Source: a bacterium
GTDB taxonomy: Bacteria > Sysuimicrobiota > Sysuimicrobiia > Sysuimicrobiales > Kaftiobacteriaceae
Assembly (NCBI GenBank): GCA_044868695.1
Contig: JBIOWP010000150.1
Span: forward strand, 1 to 12,649
DNA length: 12,649 nucleotides
Direction of reading: 5' to 3'
The position numbers were made by a program, and so were the translations under genes. The stretch's first letter is position 1; each line of letters opens with the position of its first letter. Shown here piece by piece: positions 1-6,977 of the stretch. The notes beneath the pieces are model-generated. The model was not told where the DNA came from. It worked only from the letters and a program-made list of their open reading frames with translations, and did not search any database.

Positions 1-444
1 CAAGAATTCTTCGAGCGGTTCATTACTGTAGACGGCATGGGGCCGACGAAGGCGATGAAGGCGATCGTCCATCCGATTCACACCATCGCCGACGCCGTCG
101 AGCGCAAGGACGTGCAGTTCCTGCGCCGCCTCCCGGGCATCGGGGAGCGCACGGCGGAGAAAATTGTGGCGGCACTCCACGGGAAGATGGGCAAGTACGC
201 ACTCCTTCGCGGCGTGGACGTCAAGCCGGAGCCGGCGATCGAAGACTTCAAGGCCGAGGTGCTGGACGTCCTGACCGGACAGCTCGGACACAAACCGGCC
301 GAGGCGCGGCGCATGGTCGAGGAAGCGCTGCGGCGGCACCCGGGTATCTCGACCGCGGAAGACCTCTTCCAGGAAGTCTACCGCCTCGAGCAGGATCCCC
401 AGGCCGGCTTCGCCGGGTCGGGGCGGAGCGCGGGGGTCGCGTGA
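1..444 (+). CDS. ruvA: Holliday junction branch migration protein RuvA, 5'-truncated by window edge
   Basis: Frame 1 is open from base 1 ([21 protein letters not shown]...). It has two HhH-like motifs ([25 protein letters not shown]) and a C-terminal domain III-like segment ([17 protein letters not shown]). The stop overlaps the ruvB start. Confidence 0.92.
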   Translation, partial: QEFFERFITVDGMGPTKAMKAIVHPIHTIADAVERKDVQFLRRLPGIGERTAEKIVAALHGKMGKYALLRGVDVKPEPAIEDFKAEVLDVLTGQLGHKPAEARRMVEEALRRHPGISTAEDLFQEVYRLEQDPQAGFAGSGRSAGVA

Positions 445-1475
445 TGCCGGCACCGGGACGCACGGACACCGATCAGACCGCGGACGAACAATTCATCCGG
501 AGCCTGCGTCCGCAGACGCTGGATGAGTGTATCGGCCAGAGCAAAGTGGTGGAGGGCCTGCGGATCAGCATCCAGGCCGCGCGGGAGCGAAGCGAGCCGC
601 TCGATCATGTACTGCTGCACGGGCCGCCGGGGCTGGGCAAGACCACCCTCGCGAACGTCATCGCCCGCGAGATGGAGGCCAACATCGTCACGACCTCCGG
701 TCCGGCGCTAGAACGCGGCGGCGATCTCATGGGAATTCTCACCAACCTCCAGCCCCGCGACGTGCTGTTCATCGACGAGATTCACCGGCTCTCGCGGGTC
801 ATCGAAGAGTTTCTGTATCCGGCGATGGAGGACTTCTGCGTCAACTTCGTCATCGAGAAGGGCGCGCACGCCCGGACCCTCCGGTACCAGCTCCGCCCGT
901 TTACGCTCGTGGGCGCGACCACGCGAGCGGGACTGCTGTCTTCCCCGCTGCGGGAACGGTTTGGAATCTTCCACCACCTTGACTTCTTCTCAGAGGACGA
1001 CCTCGTTTCGGTGGTCAAGCGGTCAGCCTCCATCCTGGGGATTGCCACAGCGGAGGAGGGCGCGACGACGATTGCCAGGCGGTCCCGGGGCACCCCGCGC
1101 ATCGCCAACCGGCTGCTGCGCCGGGTCCGGGATTATGCGCAGGTCCGGGCGGACGGGACGATCACCGCGAAGGTCGCGGTGGAGGCGCTGGAGTTCGAGG
1201 GCGTGGATGGCCGCGGGCTCGATGCGCTCGACCGGGACCTCCTCCGCACCATCGCTGGAGTCTACGGCGGCGGTCCGGTCGGGGTCGAAGCGCTGGCGGC
1301 GACACTGAACGAGGAGGCCCAGACGCTGGAGGAAGTCGTTGAGCCGTATCTGCTCAAGATCGGTTTCCTCACGCGCACGCCGGCCGGCCGCCGCATCACC
1401 CCGGTCGCCCTGGAACACCTCGGGGTGACGCCGCCGGAACCGGCGGACCCTCGGAATCAGGGGCGGCTCTTTTGA
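441..1475 (+). CDS. ruvB: Holliday junction branch migration DNA helicase RuvB
   Basis: [13 protein letters not shown], Walker [10 protein letters not shown], Walker [36 protein letters not shown] and EPYLL..GFL.RTP.GR are all RuvB signatures. Start is GTG 441 or ATG 444. Confidence 0.98.
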   Translation: MMPAPGRTDTDQTADEQFIRSLRPQTLDECIGQSKVVEGLRISIQAARERSEPLDHVLLHGPPGLGKTTLANVIAREMEANIVTTSGPALERGGDLMGILTNLQPRDVLFIDEIHRLSRVIEEFLYPAMEDFCVNFVIEKGAHARTLRYQLRPFTLVGATTRAGLLSSPLRERFGIFHHLDFFSEDDLVSVVKRSASILGIATAEEGATTIARRSRGTPRIANRLLRRVRDYAQVRADGTITAKVAVEALEFEGVDGRGLDALDRDLLRTIAGVYGGGPVGVEALAATLNEEAQTLEEVVEPYLLKIGFLTRTPAGRRITPVALEHLGVTPPEPADPRNQGRLF

Positions 1476-1522
1476 GTGATCTGGCGCTCACACTTCTCTT
1501 CTCGCTCCTGGCCCACGGATAA
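1472..1522 (+). pseudogene. 16-aa mini-[19 protein letters not shown]; probable internally deleted remnant of a DUF2905 (YrzS-like) small membrane protein gene
   Basis: TTG at 1472 overlaps the ruvB TGA (TTGA) and AGGGG lies about 8 nt upstream. TAA at 1520-1522 is 2 nt before the spoIID ATG. The peptide resembles the start and hydrophobic end of DUF2905 proteins, which occupy this syntenic slot in many Firmicutes. Family identity is inferred. Confidence 0.5.
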
Positions 1523-1524
1523 TC

Positions 1525-2661
1525 ATGCGTGTGAGGTTGATGGCCTGCACCGCGCTGCTGCTCCTCGCCGTGGGACTGGTCACGCCCGCGCCGGCCTCCG
1601 GCGACCACAGTATTCGCGTGGGCATCCTGCGCGACGTGGACCGGGTGGTGATCACCACCGACCGACCGATCGCGCTGGTGGCCGGCCAGCTGGTCAGTCT
1701 GCGGCTGGAGCCCGGGGTCTACGAGTTTGTGGCCGTGCCGGGAGGGATTGACGCGCCGGGCGCAGGGCGGTTCGTCGACACGGTTGTGCTGTCCCCCACC
1801 GGCGGCGCGCGACTGCTGGTCGGCATTCGTCCCTACCGGGGCGCCCTCGAGCTCCGCCGGACCCCGGCGGGCCGGCTGACGGTCATCAACGAGCTCGATC
1901 TTGAAGAGTACCTGTACGGCGTGCTGAAGATGGAGGTGGACCCCGGGTGGCCGGCCGATGCGCTGCGCGCGCAGGCGGTGGCGGCGCGCACCCTGGCACT
2001 CAACAGCATGGACCGGTTCGCCAGCGAAGGCTATGACGTCCGGGCGACCACCGACTCCCAGGTCTATGGGGGCGTGATCGCAGAAGATCCACGTGCCACC
2101 GCGGCCGTCGATGATACGCGCGGGGAAGTGATGACCTACCAGGGTGCGCCGATCTTCGCCGCCTACCACTCCGACTCCGGCGGGTACACCGAGAGCAGCG
2201 AGTTCGTGTGGGGCGGCCGCTATCCCTATCTGCAGGCGGTGCCGGACCCGTTCAGCACCGGGGCGCCCAACCACGAGTGGATCGCGCGGGTGGACCTGGG
2301 TGCGCTGACGGACAAGCTCCGCCGTGCTGGCAGAGCGGTCCGTGAGATCACGGGCATCGAGGTCGCCGAGACGACCCGGTCGGGACGCGTCGCGGCGGTG
2401 CGGATCACCGGCGCCCACGGCACCGTGATGGTGCGGGGCGCGGACCTGCGTGCAATCCTGGGAACCGATGTGCTGCGCAGCACGCTGTTCACCGTGCGCC
2501 TGAGCCCGGACGAACAGCCGCTAGTGGAGTTTTTTGGACGCGGGTCCGGCCACGGGGTCGGTCTCAGCCAGTGGGGCGCCCGAGGCATGGCGGCGGCCGG
2601 CCGCACCTACAAAGACATCCTCAAGTACTACTACACGAGCATCGACATCGAAGGCAGGTAG
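1525..2661 (+). CDS. SpoIID/LytB domain protein (peptidoglycan lytic transglycosylase-like), secreted
   Basis: N-terminal signal peptide (MRVRL-hydrophobic-APA). Motifs YRGALEL, VINELDLEEYLYGVLKME, ALRAQAVAART, SQVYGG, YHSDSGGYTE, LRSTLF, GRGSGHGVGLSQWGARGMA and ILKYYY. Confidence 0.95.
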   Translation: MRVRLMACTALLLLAVGLVTPAPASGDHSIRVGILRDVDRVVITTDRPIALVAGQLVSLRLEPGVYEFVAVPGGIDAPGAGRFVDTVVLSPTGGARLLVGIRPYRGALELRRTPAGRLTVINELDLEEYLYGVLKMEVDPGWPADALRAQAVAARTLALNSMDRFASEGYDVRATTDSQVYGGVIAEDPRATAAVDDTRGEVMTYQGAPIFAAYHSDSGGYTESSEFVWGGRYPYLQAVPDPFSTGAPNHEWIARVDLGALTDKLRRAGRAVREITGIEVAETTRSGRVAAVRITGAHGTVMVRGADLRAILGTDVLRSTLFTVRLSPDEQPLVEFFGRGSGHGVGLSQWGARGMAAAGRTYKDILKYYYTSIDIEGR

Positions 2662-2669
2662 GACAAACC

Positions 2670-2697
2670 TGGTCCCTGGTCCCCGGTCCCTTGTCCC
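2670..2697 (+). repeat. Tandem heptamer array, 4 units: TGGTCCC TGGTCCC CGGTCCC TTGTCCC
   Basis: Read directly. It occupies most of the 45-nt spoIID-queA spacer. GGACAA (2661-2666) is complementary to TTGTCC (2691-2696). Confidence 0.85.
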
Positions 2698-2706
2698 ATC
2701 GATTGT

Positions 2707-3747
2707 ATGAAACTCTCCGACTTCGATTACCCGCTCCCTCCGGAGCTCATCGCGCAGCATTCCATCGAGCCGCGCGATGCCGCCCGGTTGCTCGTCGTCG
2801 ACCGGGCAACCGGCCGGATCTCCCACCGCGTGTTTCGTGATCTTCCTGAATTGCTGCGGCCTGACGACGTCCTGGTGCTGAACAACACACGGGTGATCCC
2901 GGCGAGGCTGCGGGCCAGGAAAGCCACCGGGGGCGCCGTGGAGGTGCTCTTGCTGCGTCCCGCGGGTGAGTCCCCGGACCCACCGCCGCGCCCAGAGGTG
3001 TGGGAAGTCCTCCTGCGCCCGGGCCGGCGTGTGCGGACCGGCACGCGCCTGCACTTCGCGCCGGAGCTGATCGGTGAGGTGATCACGCCCGGAACGGAGG
3101 GCGTCCGGCTGGTGCGGTTCGAGAGCGACCGGTCCGTTCTCGACATCGTCCGGCAGATCGGTGAGATGCCCGTTCCGCCGTACGTCCATGAGCCGCTGCG
3201 GCGCCCGGAGGACTACCAGACCGTCTACGCGACAGCGGACGGCGCGGTTGCCGCGCCCACCGCCGGTCTCCACTTTACGCCGCCGCTGTTGGAGGAGATT
3301 CGCCGGCGCGGCATCCGCGTGGTATCCCTGACGATGCACATCGGGCTCGGGACGTTCCGGCCGGTCACGGCGCAGGACGTCACGCGCCACCGGATGGACG
3401 CGGAATGGTATGAGGTCGGCCCCGAGGCCGCCGCGGTGTTCACTGCCGCCCGGGGCCGCGGCCGGGTGGTGGCCGTCGGGACCTCCGCCGTGCGCACGGT
3501 GGAGACCGTCGGAGGCGACGATGGAGCCGTGCGACCGGGAAGCGGGTGGAGCGAAGTCTTTATCTATCCCGGATATCGATTCAAGGTTACCAACGCGCTG
3601 GTCACTAACTTTCACCTGCCGAAGACGACGCTATTGATGTTGGTGTGCGCCTTTGCGGGACGGGACCTGATCCTGCGGGCGTATCAAGAGGCGATTGCGG
3701 AGCGCTATCGCTTCTACAGTTTCGGGGACGCGATGCTCATCTTGTAG
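2707..3747 (+). CDS. queA: S-adenosylmethionine:tRNA ribosyltransferase-isomerase QueA
   Basis: MKLSDFDYPLPPELIAQ, LVLNNTRVIPARL, YQTVYA, GAVAAPTAGLHFT, HIGLGTFRPV, VAVGT, TNFHLPKTTL and YRFYSFGDAML. Confidence 0.98.
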   Translation: MKLSDFDYPLPPELIAQHSIEPRDAARLLVVDRATGRISHRVFRDLPELLRPDDVLVLNNTRVIPARLRARKATGGAVEVLLLRPAGESPDPPPRPEVWEVLLRPGRRVRTGTRLHFAPELIGEVITPGTEGVRLVRFESDRSVLDIVRQIGEMPVPPYVHEPLRRPEDYQTVYATADGAVAAPTAGLHFTPPLLEEIRRRGIRVVSLTMHIGLGTFRPVTAQDVTRHRMDAEWYEVGPEAAAVFTAARGRGRVVAVGTSAVRTVETVGGDDGAVRPGSGWSEVFIYPGYRFKVTNALVTNFHLPKTTLLMLVCAFAGRDLILRAYQEAIAERYRFYSFGDAMLIL

Positions 3748-3750
3748 CCA

Positions 3751-4152
3751 CTAACGGGCCTCGGGCTCCGGGCCTCGGGCACCGTGCTGGTGCGGAGGTT
3801 TCTTGAGGGACCTGATCAACCCATTGAGCATCTGTTCAACCCTGATAAGTTGCGTCGTCACTTGTTCAAAGATAGGGATCGTTAGGTATCCGAGATCAGC
3901 GGATACTCGCAGAAGGTACCGAAGCTCCGCAGCCGATCCGCGGGCGACGTAGCAGAACTGAAGGTACTCCTTCCGGTGACCCCTAGCACCACCTTCGGCA
4001 AGGTTGGCAGGAACAGCGAGAGCCGAACGACGGATCTGCGAGGTCAGGCCAAAGCGCTCATCCGGTGGAAACGCCTGCGTGGTCCTGTAGACGGCGAGAA
4101 CCAACTGGTGTGATAGCTGCCATACTTCCATCTGCTCAAACCGTGCGATCAT
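3751..4152 (-). CDS. Four-helix-bundle protein (23S rRNA intervening-sequence protein / TIGR02436-like; structurally related to DGR Avd)
   Basis: FEQMEVWQLSHQLVLAVYRTTQAFPPDERFGLTSQIRRSALAVPANLAEG...QFCYVARGSAAEL...DLGYL...MLNGLIRSL matches the family pattern. ATG 4152 has GAGGGGG 7 nt upstream and is preferred over TTG 4197. Confidence 0.93.
   Translation of the reverse strand: MIARFEQMEVWQLSHQLVLAVYRTTQAFPPDERFGLTSQIRRSALAVPANLAEGGARGHRKEYLQFCYVARGSAAELRYLLRVSADLGYLTIPIFEQVTTQLIRVEQMLNGLIRSLKKPPHQHGARGPEPEAR
3755..3784 (+). repeat. Tandem heptamer array, 4 units: CGGGCCT CGGGCTC CGGGCCT CGGGCAC (CG)
   Basis: Read directly. It lies in the last codons of the four-helix-bundle gene (encoding the GARGPEPEAR tail) and is inverted relative to the array at 4210-4233. 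Confidence 0.85.
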
Positions 4153-4178
4153 GGAGGTACCCCCTCTGCCCTCCATGA
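4149..4178 (-). promoter_or_regulatory. Perfect 9-bp hairpin (TCATGGAGG...CCTCCATGA, 12-nt loop) containing the start codon of the four-helix-bundle gene
   Basis: 4149-4157 TCATGGAGG is the exact reverse complement of 4170-4178 CCTCCATGA. A regulatory role is inferred. Confidence 0.55.
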
Positions 4179-4209
4179 CTCGGTCAGTCGCGCACAAGTC
4201 TTACACGAT

Positions 4210-4233
4210 CCGGTGCCCGGTGCCCGGTTCCCG
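4210..4233 (-). repeat. Tandem heptamer array, 3+ units; minus strand CGGGAAC CGGGCAC CGGGCAC CGG
   Basis: The + strand reads CCGGTGC CCGGTGC CCGGTTC CCG. It lies upstream of the four-helix-bundle gene, just after the stop of the 154-aa ORF. Confidence 0.85.
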
Positions 4234-4237
4234 TCCG

Positions 4238-4702
4238 TTAAGGTTCCACTCGCGACCATCCCCCAAGGTGCGGGGTCCACTTGCTCAGCGGAATGCGGCC
4301 GTATTGCGCCTCCTCGATCTCGTACCCGGCCTGCGTGAGGCGGCGTTTCGCTTCCTCATAGTAGCGGTAATCCAGCTGCCATGTGCCGGGTCGCAGGGGG
4401 GTCTGATAGGCCCCCAGGCCGCCCAGCAGTTTGCGGAGATTCTCGTCCTCACCCCGCTCGGCGGTCAGTTCGATGCCCTGTGACACGGTGGCGAACGCCC
4501 GGACCTTTGCACTCTGCGGCTTGCCGGCCGGCCGACCGGCGGCGTTGACGGCCGACACCGGAGTCTCCAGTACCGCGGCGGCGGCGGCCGCCTGGGCAGG
4601 CTGCTCACCCTTTGTGGTGTCGGCTCGCTGGGCGCGTATGGCATCCGCTTTGGCTTTGATCGCGGCCAGAATTTCCTCGCGGGATTTCTGCTGTTGGTCC
4701 AT
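4238..4702 (-). CDS. Hypothetical protein (154 aa): N-terminal helix, Ala/Pro-rich linker, ~85-aa globular C-terminal domain
   Basis: It fills the gap between the four-helix gene and the tgt promoter without overlap. Composition is protein-like (rich in E/K/Y/W, unlike the shadow ORFs). No family recognised. Confidence 0.75.
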   Translation of the reverse strand: MDQQQKSREEILAAIKAKADAIRAQRADTTKGEQPAQAAAAAAVLETPVSAVNAAGRPAGKPQSAKVRAFATVSQGIELTAERGEDENLRKLLGGLGAYQTPLRPGTWQLDYRYYEEAKRRLTQAGYEIEEAQYGRIPLSKWTPHLGGWSRVEP

Positions 4703-4770
4703 GACGAGATTGGTAATTCCATTTTCGCCCAGGCATTCCTGTCGCCGGTTCTCAGGGCGTATCGGGCTGC

Positions 4771-4781
4771 TGTGCTATACT
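4771..4781 (+). promoter_or_regulatory. Putative extended -10 promoter for tgt (TGTGCTATACT)
   Basis: TRTG-n-TATACT ends 9 nt before the tgt ATG (4791). There is no Shine-Dalgarno sequence in between. Confidence 0.65.
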
Positions 4782-4790
4782 GCTCGCGGC

Positions 4791-5906
4791 ATGGCGGAAT
4801 TTCACTTCGAATTGCTGTCAGGCGGCCCGGCGGACGCTCGGCTGGGGCGCCTGCACACCCCGCGGGGGATCGTGCGGACGCCTGCATTCATGCCGGTCGG
4901 GACGCAGGCGACGGTGAAAGGCCTCACCTCCGAGGAGGTCAAGGAGGTCGGGGCGGAGATGATTCTTGCCAACACCTTCCACCTGTATCTGCGTCCCGGG
5001 GCGGACGTGATCGCGCGCGCCGGCGGTCTGCACCGCTTCATGAGGTGGGACGGGCCGATCCTGACGGACAGCGGCGGGTTCCAGGTCTTCAGCCTCGCCC
5101 GGCTGCGGCGGCTGACGGACGACGGCGTGACGTTCCGCTCGCCGCTGGACGGGTCCGAGCATCTGTTCACGCCCGAGCGGGTGCTGCAGATCCAACAGCA
5201 GCTCGGCAGCGACGTGGTGATGCCGCTCGATGTCTGCCTGGGCTATCCTTCTGACGACACGCGGGCACGCGAGGCGCTGCGCTTGACCCTGCTGTGGGCA
5301 CGCCGTTCCAAGGCGCACGGCGCCGAAGCGGGGCAGATGCTGTTCGGGATCGTCCAGGGAGGCTTCTCGCCCACGCTGCGGCGCGAGGCGGCCGAGCGCA
5401 CGGTTGAAATTGGATTTGAGGGATACGCCATCGGCGGGCTCAGCGTCGGCGAATCGCGGGAGACGACCGGCGCCCTGCTGGAGGCCGTATGCGCGCACCT
5501 CCCGCACGACCGGCCGAGATACCTCATGGGCGTAGGGGCGCCGCCCGACCTGTTGGATGGGATTGCCCGCGGGACGGACCTGTTCGACTGCGTGCTGCCC
5601 ACGCGGACGGCGCGAACGGGAACGATCTTCACGCGGCAGGGACGGGTGAACATCCGCAACGCATCCTACCGCGAGGACGACGGGCCGCTGGACGCAGGCT
5701 GCCGCTGCGCGGTGTGCTTGGGGTACACGCGGGCGTATGTCCGCCACCTCTTCAACACCGACGAGATGCTGGGGCCCCGGCTGGCGACGTACCACAACCT
5801 CGCCTTCCTGACCCAGCTGATGGACGATGCCCGCGCGGCCATCGCCGGTGGGGAATTTGCGTCATGGAGGCAGCGGGTGCTCGAAGCCTACACGACGGCA
5901 TGGTAG
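4791..5906 (+). CDS. tgt: tRNA-guanine(34) transglycosylase Tgt (queuine tRNA-ribosyltransferase, bacterial preQ1 type)
   Basis: TPAFMPVGTQATVK, LANTFHL, LTDSGGFQVFS, LDVC, FGIVQGG, GGLSVGE, PRYLMGVG, DLFDCVLPTR and the Zn site CRCAVC...HNL. Start is MAEFHFEL at 4791, not 4431. Confidence 0.98.
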   Translation: MAEFHFELLSGGPADARLGRLHTPRGIVRTPAFMPVGTQATVKGLTSEEVKEVGAEMILANTFHLYLRPGADVIARAGGLHRFMRWDGPILTDSGGFQVFSLARLRRLTDDGVTFRSPLDGSEHLFTPERVLQIQQQLGSDVVMPLDVCLGYPSDDTRAREALRLTLLWARRSKAHGAEAGQMLFGIVQGGFSPTLRREAAERTVEIGFEGYAIGGLSVGESRETTGALLEAVCAHLPHDRPRYLMGVGAPPDLLDGIARGTDLFDCVLPTRTARTGTIFTRQGRVNIRNASYREDDGPLDAGCRCAVCLGYTRAYVRHLFNTDEMLGPRLATYHNLAFLTQLMDDARAAIAGGEFASWRQRVLEAYTTAW

Positions 5907-5909
5907 GAT
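5901..5909 (+). promoter_or_regulatory. Possible extended -10 element (TG-G-TAGGAT) overlapping the tgt stop, upstream of yajC
   Basis: Sequence motif only; no clear -35. Confidence 0.25.
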
Positions 5910-5945
5910 AGAGGGCGACTGCTCCCGATGAGGTGACCTGTGACG

Positions 5946-6278
5946 ATGCTTCAAGCGGCGACGCAAACCAATCCCGCCTTTGCGGTGGCCATCTGGTTTG
6001 CGGTGCTGGCGGTCTTTTACCTGATGTTTGTCCGTCCGCAGCAGCGCCAGTCGCGCAAGCGGCGAGAGATGCTGGGCAAGCTCAAGAAGGGGGACCGCAT
6101 CGTGACCCTCGGCGGCCTCCATGCGACCATCATGGACGTGGACGGCGAACAACTGAGCCTCGAGCTGGCGCCCAACCTGCGCGTCAAGGCCGACCGGGGC
6201 GCGGTCAGCTATGTCCGGAACAAGAAGCGGGAAGAGCACCAACCTGCTCCCACGCTAACGACACCTCCGACGGCGTGA
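5946..6278 (+). CDS. yajC: Preprotein translocase subunit YajC
   Basis: N-terminal TM helix followed by FYLMFVRPQQRQ..KRREMLGKLKKGDRIVTLGGLHATI. SD GAGGTGA at 5930-5936 favours ATG 5946 (GTG 5940 is the alternative). Classic position after tgt. Confidence 0.96.
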   Translation: MLQAATQTNPAFAVAIWFAVLAVFYLMFVRPQQRQSRKRREMLGKLKKGDRIVTLGGLHATIMDVDGEQLSLELAPNLRVKADRGAVSYVRNKKREEHQPAPTLTTPPTA

Positions 6279-6281
6279 CCC

Positions 6282-6977
6282 ATGGCTGAAGCGACAACTG
6301 GGGTCGCCGGTCAAAAGCTAGTGACCCTTGATGAAGTCAAGCGCGATCCTGAGGTCGAGGCCTACATCGACAAGGCCAACGAGTACACCGGCGCGATCGG
6401 GTATACGGAACACGGATCCCGCCACGCCAATCTCACCGCCAGCATCGCGTACAACACCTTGAAGCGCCTGGGCTACCCCGAGCGGGAGGCGCAGCTGGCC
6501 TCGATCGCCGCGTATGTACACGATATGGGGAACCTCGTGAGCCGGGTCAATCACGAGCACACCGGCGCGAACCTGGCCAACGTCATCCTCGAGCGCCTGG
6601 GGATGGAGCCCCTCGAGCGGGCGGTCGTAATGGGGGCCATCGGTAACCACGAGGAGAAGCACGGCGAGCCGGTCAGCCCGGTGGGCGCGGCGGTCATCCT
6701 TGCCGACAAGTCCGACGTCCACCGCTCGCGGGTGCGCAACCCCGATCCCACGACGTTTGACATCCACGACCGGGTCAACTACGCGGTCGAGCACTCGTTC
6801 CTGCGGGTGGATGAGAAGAGCCGGACGATCACCCTGGAACTGACCATTGACACCAAGCTGTCGAAGGTGATGGAGTACTTCGAGATCTTTCTGACGCGCA
6901 TGGTCATGTGCCGGCGTGCCGCCCAGTTCCTCAACTGCGAGTTCAAGCTGCACATCAACGGCGCCAAGCTTCTGTAG
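6282..6977 (+). CDS. HD-superfamily metal-dependent phosphohydrolase
   Basis: H...HD...H...H...D pattern: EHGSRH, YVHDMGN, NHEH, GNHEE, LADKSDVHRSRVR. Substrate unknown. Confidence 0.9.
   Translation: MAEATTGVAGQKLVTLDEVKRDPEVEAYIDKANEYTGAIGYTEHGSRHANLTASIAYNTLKRLGYPEREAQLASIAAYVHDMGNLVSRVNHEHTGANLANVILERLGMEPLERAVVMGAIGNHEEKHGEPVSPVGAAVILADKSDVHRSRVRNPDPTTFDIHDRVNYAVEHSFLRVDEKSRTITLELTIDTKLSKVMEYFEIFLTRMVMCRRAAQFLNCEFKLHINGAKLL

Noticed and set aside
1473..1502. Weak hairpin TGAGTG/CGCTCA followed by a pyrimidine run as a terminator after ruvB
   Set aside because: The stem is only 6 bp with a G-U pair and there is no true U-tract. The pyrimidine run is better explained by the Leu/Phe/Ser codons of the mini-ORF.
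2662..2706. preQ1 riboswitch upstream of queA (or tgt)
   Set aside because: No AGAGGUUCUAG-type stem or A-rich 3' tail. The spacer is filled by the heptamer array and the tgt leader is too short.
3751..4702. Diversity-generating retroelement or 23S rRNA intervening sequence
   Set aside because: No reverse transcriptase, no TR/VR pair and no rRNA sequence in the window; only the Avd/IVP-like fold is present.
4431..4790. 120-aa N-terminal extension of Tgt in the ORF track
   Set aside because: It is antisense to the 154-aa gene. Tgt homology begins at 4791 and a promoter-like motif lies just before it.
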